Notes: generated by a model from the letters alone, not told the origin. A stretch of 63,711 bases of DNA, filler included, from Octopus bimaculoides (GCF_001194135.2; 3 parts of 3 records of this genome joined end to end with filler, not necessarily neighbours in it), one strand, 5' to 3'; shown: positions 1-10,799, counted from the whole stretch's first letter. Numbers and translations are program-made.

Positions 1-141
1 TATATACGTATATATATAGTATACATATATACACACACACACACACATATATAAATATTCATATATATGTATAGACACATAAATGTACATCCATTTAAAA
101 GTGAATGTTTAGTCATACGCACAAATGTACATCGATACATA

Positions 142-174
<33 letters not shown>

Positions 175-310
175 TGTGTTGTGTGTGTGTGTGTGTGTTG
201 TGTTGTGTGTGTGTGTGTGTGTTGTGTTGTGTGTGTACACAAATACACATATACAAATATATATTCCACTCCCTGTCGACTTTTTCCATCTATTTTTACT
301 CTACACTCAG

Positions 311-450
311 ACAATCACCTTTATTCACAAAATATATATAAAACAACACTATAAACAATGGCTGCCATGAGACGTCTGCTTTCTTTCAATTTTGATTCGC
401 AATCTCTCCTCCAAATCACACTTTGGCTGACCCCAGAGACTTTACTAATG
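311..450 (+). CDS. Candidate exon carrying a start codon at 358 (MAAMRRLLSFNFDSQSLLQITLWLTPETLLM), unidentified
   Basis: Pyrimidine tract plus CAG at 308-310, ATG in AAACAATGG context at 358, donor ATG|GTATGT at 450/451. No recognisable homology. Confidence 0.25.
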
Positions 451-899
451 GTATGTATCTATCGATATCTTTCCTGTCCCGTCATTTCGTCTCAGGGCCC
501 CTTCATTTTCCTTTCACTGAAACTTGTTTATACATACATATATACGCATAAACATACATTCTCTCATATATGTACACTTAAATTTGTATTGTATATGTAT
601 ATATGTAAATGCGTATGCATTTATGTATCCATGGATAAGTTCTACACGCACAAACGACATAGAGATGAATATGAGTGTATGTATGAATATTTACATATAA
701 ATATATATACATATATATTAAATACATATATATGTATATTAAATATACACACACACTGACACACGTTTGTGTATGTGTAAGTATAAGTTTTTATTTCTGT
801 ATGTATATTGATGGATGCAATTACACACACAAACACACACAGATACATGCGTGTATATATACATATATACAGATGAATATATATATACATATATACAGA

Positions 900-938
<39 letters not shown>

Positions 939-940
939 AG

Positions 941-1158
941 CCTGAACAGGATAAGCTACCCCTATTTTTCAGAAAAAAGTGTCGGCGGCCAGTTATGAGA
1001 CTCGAACTCACACCTCCGTGATTACGGGTCTCGGTGCCGATTAAGCTAAACTCGGTCTAAAGCACCGCGACGCGTAATCATGGAGGTGTGAGTTCGAGTC
1101 TCATAGCTGGCCGCCAACACTTTTTTTCTGCAAAATAGGGATAGCTGATCCTGTTCAG
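941..1158. mobile_element. tRNA-derived foldback (MITE-like) element
   Basis: Inverted arms 942-1037 and 1062-1158 with few mismatches. Each arm has a B-box GTTCGAGTC, a T-arm, GGCCGCC(A/G) and a T6-7 run. The right end runs into an N gap. Confidence 0.7.
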
Positions 1159-1753
1159 NNNNNNNNNNNNNNNNNNNNNNNNNNNNNNNNNNNNNNNNNN
1201 NNNNNNNNNNNNNNNNNNNNNNNNNNNNNNNNNNNNNNNNNNNNNNNNNNNNNNNNNNNNNNNNNNNNNNNNNNNNNNNNNNNNNNNNNNNNNNNNNNNN
1301 NNNNNNNNNNNNNNNNNNNNNNNNNNNNNNNNNNNNNNNNNNNNNNNNNNNNNNNNNNATATATATATTATAATAATAAATGGTAAAAATCGTTAATGAT
1401 TTTACTAGGGGGTCAGCGCAGGAATCAAAACTTATAGGTAAATTTTGCAAATATTTTGATAATTATGTGTGGTGTATGCGTACGAGCAGATGTAATCGCC
1501 TTACCTCGGTTTTCCTTTCCTCGACTGCGAGTCTGTCTTGCGGTATCCAATCCTTGAAGCTTGCCCCGACCCAAAGAACACCAGGAATAGCAGCTGTCTC
1601 TCCCAAACCTAGACCGTCGCTTAACACGTCTTGTCCTGACCACAACCCCGTTCGAAAAGGGCACGAATCCCGATCGAGGCTCCCTCTGCCCTTTTTCCCC
1701 TTCCGGTCAACTCGCCCTTCCGGTGAGCTTCCCCAGACACTGACGTCATACTA

Positions 1754-2296
1754 CATTATGTATATAATTATAACAAAGGATTGGCTATAAGCCTCTCCAC
1801 GCGCTAGAAAAATAGACGCCAAAAGACGCCAAAAGACGCTATTACCACCTCAAGAACTCCGAAAATAAAACACTGGGCTGTAGTCGGGCGAAAGAAAGAT
1901 AATGAATGAAACTTTTGGTTAACTGTGTACAAGATCCTGTTTCAAGCTTGAAGTAAAAAGATACTACTTATTGCTCTTTCATCAGCAAGATATTCGATAG
2001 TATAAATTTACGAGTCTCTACACATACGTATACGAGCAGCTCGTATGTGTAAGATACTCGTAAATTTATGCTATGGGATATCTTGCTGATGAGAGCAGTA
2101 AATAATATCCTTTTAATTTAAGCTTGAAACAGGATCTTGTACACGGTTAACCAAAAGTTTCATTCATTATCTTTCTTTCGTCCGACTACAGCCCAGTGTT
2201 TTATTCTCGGAGTCCCTGAGGTGGTAATAGCGTCTTTTGGCATCTATTTTTCCAGCGCGTGAAGAGGCTTATAGCCAATCCATTGTTATAATAATG
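1754..2296. mobile_element. ~540-bp palindromic foldback element with hammerhead-like cores in both arms
   Basis: Left arm ~1754-2028 is the reverse complement of right arm ~2042-2296 (e.g. ggattggctataagcctct / agaggcttatagccaatcc). CTGATGA...GAAAC...GTA occurs in each arm. Confidence 0.8.
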
Positions 2297-2464
2297 TCTA
2301 TAATTAAGAATATCTAAAGAAGGAATTGTATTCCGAAATATCATCGGACTATATATAGGTATATAGTCCATTTTTTGTATTATAGTGCATTGTTGTACCA
2401 TTCAAAACTTTTTATTCTTTACAAACAATACACAATGCTTCAAGCGAACTACAATACTCTCATA

Positions 2465-2526
<62 letters not shown>

Positions 2527-2589
2527 TGTATGTATGCATGTATGCATGTATGCATGTATGTATGCATGTATGTATGTATATACACTGCT

Positions 2590-3198
2590 CTTGGGCCAGT
2601 AACTGCTGTAGAGAAGACGTAGATTCGTCCTTGAAGTTGCAAGAGAGGAAAGCAGGTATATTTCGGGCATCTTCGGCCTTTTTCAATGGTGTGCACGCGC
2701 AGTCAATCCAATGCTAGGCAACAATTCATCGTCAACTGACAAAGGAAAAGAATGGTGACTAAAACATTCACTGAAAGCGCGCGCGTGTGTGTGCGTAAAG
2801 CGGTCAACTGGAAGCGATTATCGTTCCGGCTTTCGAGAGCCAAACCTCACGGAGGTCGTTAGAAGGGGGTAGGTACCAATCAAATTTTTCTTCTTCTCGT
2901 CCTCTTCGCCTTCCTTTTTCTTCTACCAACACACCAGGTCAACCCTGCGTTGTCAATAGCACCGGGCACATGCAAAATATTTGCCAGCCCCCGTCTCATC
3001 TGTTCACCGAAGTTAGGTAACGTTGAACCTTGTTAGTCCTTAGTTTGGAGACCGCTTGAAAAACGTCTGTGTTGTGAGGAACACTCTTTAATAACTCGGC
3101 TGTGGACCCAGTCCCTGGAGCCGGCGGTGTTTTCACACGTTGACTATAAGAATTTTTCTTCTCAGACATTACTACAGCAAAGGTCCCTCACACTTAAG
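2590..3198 (-). pseudogene. Possible decayed retroelement ORF1-like remnant
   Basis: CpG-retaining unique sequence with a short minus-strand ORF 3169-2996 (MSEKKNSYSQRVKTPPAPG...). No diagnostic motif recognised. Confidence 0.2.
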
Positions 3199-3783
3199 NN
3201 NNNNNNNNNNNNNNNNNNNNNNNNNNNNNNNNNNNNNNNNNNNNNNNNNNNNNNNNNNNNNNNNNNNNNNNNNNNNNNNNNNNNNNNNNNNNNNNNNNNN
3301 NNNNNNNNNNNNNNNNNNNNNNNNNNNNNNNNNNNNNNNNNNNNNNNNNNNNNNNNNNNNNNNNNNNNNNNNNNNNNNNNNNNNNNNNNNNNNNNNNNNN
3401 NNNNNNNNNNNNNNNNNNNNNNNNNNNNNNNNNNNNNNNNNNNNNNNNNNNNNNNNNNNNNNNNNNNNNNNNNNNNNNNNNNNNNNNNNNNNNNNNNNNN
3501 NNNNNNNNNNNNNNNNNNNNNNNNNNNNNNNNNNNNNNNNNNNNNNNNNNNNNNNNNNNNNNNNNNNNNNNNNNNNNNNNNNNNNNNNNNNNNNNNNNNN
3601 NNNNNNNNNNNNNNNNNNNNNNNNNNNNNNNNNNNNNNNNNNNNNNNNNNNNNNNNNNNNNNNNNNNNNNNNNNNNNNNNNNNNNNNNNNNNNNNNNNNN
3701 NNNNNNNNNNNNNNNNNNNNNNNNNNNNNNNNNNNNNNNNNNNNNNNNNNNNNNNNNNNNNNNNNNNNNNNNNNNNNNNNNNN

Positions 3784-3826
<43 letters not shown>

Positions 3827-4334
3827 GACATATATAAAAAAAAAAGCAAAACATCCAGAGAGACGATACAAAGAAAACAAGGACGGGTCATTCGGAGTTT
3901 TCTTTCCTCGGTCGAGTTCCAGATTATCTTTGCAATTTCGGCTGGTTATACTCGAGATTGCTCCAATCTGGCCACCCCCAAGGAAAAACTAAGCTAAGAG
4001 CACTACATTCCTTGGAAGAAGGCAGCGAATGTATACGAAAACAAGGACGGACATACATATATATATGCACATACATATATATGCACATACATATATATGC
4101 ACATACATACATATATATACATATACATACATATATATATACATATAGATATATATATACATACACACACATATATATATATATATAGATAGATATATAT
4201 ATATACATATACGGAGATGCTACCTGTCCAGTCAAAGTCTCTGATCATCATTTCAAGAGATGCGGTGAAGAGCTTTGGAGAGATGGTAGCTCCTTACTTG
4301 ACGCCCTTCCCTACTGTAACTCTCACGGGCGGCG

Positions 4335-4597
4335 AGATAAAATAAACATTCCCTTCTCGAACCATGCCAGGTTCATTAAGGGCTGGTTTCCCGGTTTCAG
4401 TGGCGTATACATCCCCAACCTGGACGGGACACCGATCCGTCGCAGGATCACTCATTTTTGCGAGCTGAGTGGACTGGAGCAACGTGAAGTGAAGTGTTTT
4501 GCTCAAGAACACAACGCCTCACCCGGTCCAGGAATCGAAACCACTGTCTTACGATCATGAATCCAGCATCCTCACCACTAAGCCATGTGCCTCCACT
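4335..4597 (-). mobile_element. tRNA-derived SINE with a conserved central domain
   Basis: Minus-strand head GGAGGCACATGGCTTAGTGG (A-box) and GGTTTCGATTCC (B-box), followed by CTTGAGCAAAACACTT and CCTGCGACGGATCGGTGTCCCGTCCAGG. Confidence 0.75.
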
Positions 4598-4606
4598 AAC
4601 CATACT

Positions 4607-5260
4607 ATACATTGAATAGTGTAGTCCTAGATACACTATGCATTCTTAAAAGATGGGGACATATTTGATCATAGGCCCGATGGATCAAGATTGCTAACTG
4701 CTGTACAGTACATTAAGTAATGTAGTCCTCGATACACTATATCTGATCAAAAGATGAGATGGTCACGTCTGGAATTTCTTTGATCATAGTTCTGTCTGGA
4801 TCAGGACTGACCTGGGACTGAACAACAAAAACAGTCATAGCCACTAATACTGACAACGATACTGTACATTAGAGAATGTAGTCCTAGATATACTATGACT
4901 GAATAAAAGATAGGATGGTCACTACTGAAACATCTTTAATCATAGGTCTCCTGGATCAGGACTGACCTAGGGCTAAACAACAGCAACTAGAGCCACTAAT
5001 ACTCCTATACTATACATCAGATAATGTAGTCCTAGATACACTATGCCTGAATAAAAGATGGGATGGTCATTGTAGGAACGTCTTGGTTCATAAGTTTGCT
5101 GGATTAGGACAACTATAGCCACTAATTCTTACTACCATACTGTACATCAGATAATGTAGTCCTAGATACACTATGTCTGATTGGAAGATGGGGTGGTCAG
5201 AGTTGGAACATCTTTGATCATGGGTCTCCTGGATCAGGACTGACCTGGGGTTAAACAACA
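4607..5260 (+). repeat. Tandem array of five ~105-150 bp family-E 3'-tail units
   Basis: Unit start TACAT..(G/T)ATAATGTAGTCCTAGATACACTATG at ~4607, 4710, 4865, 5012 and 5142. Units end GACTGACCT(G/A)GGG(C/T)TAAACAAC. Confidence 0.85.
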
Positions 5261-5619
5261 GTATTCCAACAAACACGGCACCGTCTTGTTTGGTAAAAAC
5301 AAACCAAACGATTCCCAAACTGCCAGACCCAAGAAATTTCATCCGCGACATTGACTCCAACACACAGACACAAACTGGAACAAACAGCAGCAGCGGCGAA
5401 AAACTGTCTGCGATCGATGAGAATAATGGAATAATAGAATAATAGAATTTCAGTTGACGGCGTTTTACGCCTCTTTGGAAACAGTTCTATCGAATCAGCG
5501 AAAACATAATTGAATTGGCCATCGTCGTCGTCGTCGTAGTCGTCGTAGTCGTCGTCGTCCTTTTTCTGTCTAACGTCTTCTGTCTTCTTCTGTATTCTCC
5601 AGTTTTCAGTCTTTGCCCG

Positions 5620-6326
5620 CCTTCTTTTCTCTTTCTTTCTTTCTTTCTTTCTTTTTCTTTCTTTTTTCTTTCGTTCTTTCTTTCTTTCTTTCTTTCTTTT
5701 ACTACCTTTCTTTTTCTTCCTTGCTTTCGCTTTCTTTCTTTCTTTCTTCTTTCCTTTCATTCATTCATTCTTTCTTTCTTTCTTTCTTTCTCCCATTTCC
5801 TTAATTCCTTCTTTCTTTCTTTCTTTCTTTTACTACCTTTCTTTTTCTTCCATGCTTTCGCTTTCTTTCTTTCTTTCTTCTTTCCTTTCATTCATTCATT
5901 CATTCATTCTTTCTTTCTTTCTTTCTTTCTTTTACTACCTTTCTTTTTCTTCCTTGCTTTCGCTTTCTTTCTTTCTTTCTTTCTTTCTTCTTTCTTTTCA
6001 TTCATTCATTCATTCTTTCTTTCTTTCTTTCTTTTACTACCTTTCTTTTTCTTCCTTGCTTTCGCTTTCTTTCTTTCTTTCTTTCTTCTTTCCTTTCATT
6101 CATTCATTCATTCTTTCTTTCTTTCTTTCTTTTTTTCTTTCTTTCTTTCTTTCTTTCTTTCTCCCATTTCCTTAATTCCTTCTTTCTTTCTTTCTTTTAC
6201 TACCTTTCTTTTTCTTCCTTGCTTTCGCTTTCTTTCTTTCTTTCTTCTTTCCTTTCATTCATTCTTTCTTTCTTTCTTTCTTCTTTTCTTTCTTTCTTTC
6301 TTCTTTCCTTTCATTCATTCATTCAT

Positions 6327-6377
<51 letters not shown>

Positions 6378-6880
6378 GTCCCACTGTATTCCTATATTTC
6401 TTTTCTCTCTCTCTCCCTCTCTCTCTCTCTCCCTCTCTCCGTCTTTGTTTCGTTATATATCTACCTTCTTCCTTTTTTCCTCGCTTTCCTTCTTTCTTTG
6501 TTCCTCCATTTTGTCGTTCTCCCTTCCCTCCCCTCCCCTGTTCTTTTTCCTTCTTCCTTCCTTCCTTCCTTCCTTTCTCTCCTTTCTTTCATTGTTTTTC
6601 CATTCTTTCTCTCTTTCTTTCTCTCCTTTATTTCACCCTTTCTTTCCTTCTATCCGTCTTTCTTTTTTTTTTCTTTCTACCTTTCTCTCATCTTTCCTTC
6701 TTTCTTTCTTCTTCTTTTCTTTCTCTCTTATTCCTTCCTTCTTTTGTTCTTTGTTCCTTCATTTCTTTCCCTCTCTCTTTCACTCTTTTTTCTTCCTTTC
6801 CGCTTTGTTTTCATTTTCTTTCTTTATTCTTTCATTCTTCCATTCTTTCATTCGTTCTTCTTTTCTTCCCTTCTTTCGTC
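5620..6880. repeat. Long polypyrimidine compound microsatellite/minisatellite ((CTTT)n, (CATT)n, higher-order unit)
   Basis: Nearly pure C/T strand. TACTACCTTTCTTTTTCTTCC recurs at ~5700, 5831, 5932, 6037 and 6199. This explains the spurious 479-aa F/S/L ORF. Confidence 0.9.
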
Positions 6881-7069
6881 CATTGCTTTCTTGCCATTCG
6901 ACTTGGTTGTTGTTCTTGGTGTTGTTGTTAATGCTGCTGCAGTTGTTGTTGTAACCCTTAATGTTCCTCCCCCTCCCCCTCTGCCTTCTTCTATCGATCG
7001 ATCGATCGATCTTCGATAATAAAGCTGATTTGATCAGGACTGACCTGAGACTAGACATTAACAACTATT

Positions 7070-7221
7070 CTTTTATCTTCTACTTGTTTCAGTCACTAAA
7101 CTGCGGCCATGCTGGGGTACTGCCTTGAAAAATTTTACTTGAACGAATCGACCCCAACACTTATTTTTATTTCTAAGCCTGGTACTCATTCTATCAGTCC
7201 CCTTTGCCGAACCACTAGGTT
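7070..7221 (-). mobile_element. SINE family A 3' tail fragment
   Basis: Reverse complement of ...GGTTCGGCAAA...CCAGCATGGCCGCAG...TGACTGAAACAAGTA(A/G)AAGA. Confidence 0.8.
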
Positions 7222-7226
7222 CTTTT

Positions 7227-7555
7227 TTAATGCAAAATATACTCTCCTTCATTTTCTACAATGCTCTTCCATCTTACCTGGTAGACTTGCAACTCCACTC
7301 TTCCAAAATTCACTCGTCCGCGATGAAAAATACTCCTCCAGTACTGACCTGACCTCGTCTACAGAATTCATATTTTTTCCGTCCAAATGAAGATTACGGA
7401 ATAATTGATAATCAGATAGAACAATGTCCGGCGAATATAATGGGTGGGGCATCGTTTCCCATTCGAACTGTTCCAGCCTTTGGAATGTCATCCTCATTGT
7501 ATGTGGCCGAGCATTATCCTGATGGAAGAACACCTTTCGTCTAGAAATCAAATAT
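7227..7555 (-). pseudogene. Mariner transposase C-terminal fragment
   Basis: HQDNARPH and HPLYSPDIVLSDY match the mariner DNARPH / HPPYSPDLAPSDY motifs. After a frameshift it continues RWKSIVENEGEYILH* ending at 7227. Confidence 0.9.
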
Positions 7556-7561
7556 GTTCCC

Positions 7562-7716
7562 GTGATTTAGCCGTTCGGCTAGAGAGATGGATAGATTAAG
7601 CACCAGGCTTTAAAAAAAAAAGAAATACCGGGGTCGATTCATTCGACTATAAATTCTCCAAGGCGGTGCCCCAGCATGACCGCAGTCTACTGACTGAAAC
7701 CAGTAAAAGATAAAAG
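7562..7716 (+). mobile_element. SINE family A 3' tail fragment
   Basis: GGGGTCGATTCATTCGACTA...AAGGCGGTGCCCCAGCATGACCGCAG...GACTGAAACCAGTAAAAGATAAAAGA. Confidence 0.8.
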
Positions 7717-8344
7717 ATGCATATATTCACATATATACATATTTGTGTGTGTGCTTGAGGACCAGTGTTGGTATACTTACGTCCTCCTAGACTAACGGTC
7801 CGGCAAAAAGAGACTGATAGAATAAGTGCCACATTTTTTTTTTAAAGCATAACTAAAGTAATTTACATACAAAAGATTCTTTAAGATAGGGACCACATAT
7901 GTTAACAAAGTGGGTAACTTCGCTCCAAGAACACCGGACGCGCCCCTCGTAGGGATCCCCAAAGACAACTCCCTGCTGATTTTTAAAATAAAACGACGCT
8001 ACACGAATTCTATCTTATCAGACCAACATATGGCATTAGAAAAGAAGCAAGAATATTTACCAAAATTTACTCTAATTTTCCAGCTGTGTGTTTCTTTTGC
8101 CGAATTAGAAATTTCTTAAAATTTTTCGGCTTAGCACCATTATGTAAATTAGCACATCCTGTCTAAGCAGTATACACACACACACACATACATACATGTA
8201 TATATATATGTGTGTGTGTGTGTGTGCGTGTGTGTGTGTGTGTGCGTGTGTGTGTGTGTGCACATGCATCCATGAGTGTATGTATATATATATATATATA
8301 TGTATATACATATTATATATCAATGTTCATATATTTCTACCTTC

Positions 8345-8558
8345 TTTTTCTTTTTGTCTCAGTCATTTGACTGCGGCCATGCTGGAGCACCGCCTTTAGT
8401 CGAACAAATCGTCTCCAGTACTTAACGTTTTTTAAGCCTTGTACTTATTCTATCGGTTTCTTTCCCACAACCGCTGGCTTACGGGGATGCAAACACACCA
8501 GCACCGTTTCTCAAGCAGTGGTGGAGAACCAGGTCAGACACAAAAACACATGTACGCA

Positions 8559-8596
<38 letters not shown>

Positions 8597-8770
8597 TACA
8601 TACATATATATGACAGGCTTCTTTCAGTTTCCGTCTATCAAATCCACTCACAAAGCTTTAGTTGGCTTGAGACTATAGTAAAAGACATTTGCCCAAGGTG
8701 CCATGCTGTGGGACTGAACCCAGAACCATGTGATTGGGAAGCAAGCTTCTTACCAGACAGCCACACCTAT
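8345..8770 (-). mobile_element. SINE family A, near full length
   Basis: tRNA-like head (GTGGCTGTCTGGTAAG; GGTTCAGTCCC), CORE-like CACCTTGGGCAAATG, internal (TA/TG)n and the family A tail. Confidence 0.9.
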
Positions 8771-9188
8771 ATATATGTATATATATGTATATATATGTAT
8801 TAGTACTGGACTGGGGGATATTGTTCGATTGGGGATATTTCTTCATTTTTACTTCTCTCTGACTTCTCGCTCTCACATGACGGAATACCTAGCCTATGGC
8901 GTCCTTACTCAATACCATAATTTACATGCTTCGCTATTTTAGAAACAACTGTAAGAGACCCAATATGCTCCATCTAAATTAAATGTTTTTCTAGCGATGC
9001 CAAATGTTTTGCTTCGTCATTTTCTATTTTAATCTATATCCACCCGCTCAAGGAGAAACCACTTCTAGCCACCTTTGATAGACATTCTCAACTCCACATT
9101 TTTCAGTTGTTGTTCAAGCTAGAGTTTTAGTGATAAACCTGACCGAGCACTCGTATTGCATTACGTCAATTAACGAAAACTCCCGTCT

Positions 9189-9227
<39 letters not shown>

Positions 9228-9228
9228 T

Positions 9229-9287
<59 letters not shown>

Positions 9288-9300
9288 ATATATATATAAA

Positions 9301-10595
9301 TTTCCAGCGCAGCAGCCCCCCAACTATGAAAGAGACCCTAGCTGCTAGCGGGCTCAGGGACCGCATCTCCTACATGCCGGGCCCTAGCGACCGCAGAGAG
9401 AAGCGCCGCCGAAATATCATTTGGTTTGCTCCCCGCCTTCTCTCTCAACGTAAAAACGTGTGTAGGTAGGGGTCTTCCTTAGGCTTGTAGATAAGCACTT
9501 TACCTAGTCACATAGGTATGGACGCAGATTCAACAGACACAATTTAAGAGTCTCTTTTAGCTGAGCCTCTAATATTAAGAGCATTTGATTAACACCCCTA
9601 GACCACGAGCGGAAGCGGGATGCTCATGCAGGGCTACAGTAGATGCCCAGTGGGAGGCCAACGCAAAGCCAAGGGGGTCGTTTACGAAGCTGAGGTGGTA
9701 TCTGAACCTGATGTCAACAGCAGCTTTCTCAACTACTATTAGAGTAGCAGGAATGGCAGTATTAACGACAAAGATGGCAACTCTAACAGAAATAAAAACA
9801 CCATCGTCGCTGATGGTAATGCTACTACTAATAATAATAACAATAATAAGAGCAACAACAGCAGCTACCACCGATATAGAGTCGATAACAGCTCCAACAA
9901 CAACGACGGTGGCTATAACAGGACTAACAGCGCCAGCACCAACACCACAACAGGTGATGTCCCCTACGCCAGCATCAAGGACGCCAACACCAACACCAGC
10001 AACAGCGGAAGTAGCAGCGTCAACATTAACAGAAGCAGCATCGCTAGTAGCAATATGCAAAGATACATAGGGCATTCCGAAAGCACCTTCAAGCAGCGCC
10101 TGCCCAACAACAGGTCCTCGTTCAGGATCAAGGAGAGACGATACGCCACGTCCTCGGCCAGTCATGTGTGGCGTCTGAAGAACGAAGGGACTCCACACGT
10201 AATCGCATAGAAGATCTTAGAAGAAGCGGGCCCCTACATCGATGAGAGCAAGCGTTGTAAGCTGTGCATAGCTGAACGGGCGAGAATATTAAAGACTCAG
10301 GGAACATCTTAAATTCCAGGACAGAAGTCTTTGGAGTCTGCTTACAGGAGATTCCTACTGAAGTACTGGAACCCATAAGCCGACTGAGGATTGCGGGCTA
10401 AGGGAGACAATCCCTTGCGTTTATCCCTTCTCTTTTGTCTGTGTGTTCAACAAATAGCTACGAAGTCTTTTCTCCCTCCACTTCGAAGAGAGATCATAGG
10501 TCTGAAGAAACGCCATAAAGCTACGCGCTTTATGGACATGAAACCCAGGGTAACTCCATAAACCGGCCATAACTGTCTTTATCTAATGACTATTC
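9301..10595 (+). mobile_element. 5'-truncated Penelope-like retroelement (post-RT linker, GIY-YIG endonuclease, 3' pLTR-like region)
   Basis: KRRRNIIWF (9401-9427), CSC..CPVGGQRKAKGVVYEAEV (9621-9700), YIGHSESTFKQR (from 10064), HVWRLK, KRCKLCIAE and LNSRTEV match the PLE endonuclease region. Stops at 9740 and 10208 plus frameshifts. Confidence 0.9.
10499..10555 (+). ncRNA. Degenerate minimal hammerhead ribozyme motif in the Penelope 3' region
   Basis: CTGAAGA 10502-08, 9-bp stem CCATAAAGC/GCTTTATGG, GAAA 10540-43, CCCAGGG helix III, GTA triplet. Stem I is only 3 bp. Confidence 0.5.
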
Positions 10596-10682
10596 ATATA
10601 TATATATATATATACACACACACATACACACATGCATACACATATAAAATCTCATCCAAAGATGATTCTTAAAAATGGAGCA

Positions 10683-10793
<111 letters not shown>

Positions 10794-10799
10794 TGTATG

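Noticed and set aside
4607-5260. Regularly spaced repeats as a possible CRISPR-like array
   Set aside because: Units are over 100 bp, diverged, lack unique spacers of constant length, and the context is eukaryotic with no cas genes.
5270-5445. Protein-like open frame ...PKLPDPRNFIRDIDSNTQTQTGTNSSSGEKLSAIDENNGIIE*
   Set aside because: No acceptor or start; it follows a repeat tail directly and I recognise no homology.
5251-6954. 479-aa F/S/L-rich ORF and 169-aa K/R/E-rich antisense ORF
   Set aside because: Direct translations of the (CTTT)n tract.
9575-10198. 207-aa minus-strand ORF and 161-aa plus-strand Thr/Ala-rich ORF
   Set aside because: Alternative frames of the Penelope low-complexity insert. 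The motif-bearing frame is a third one, broken by stops.
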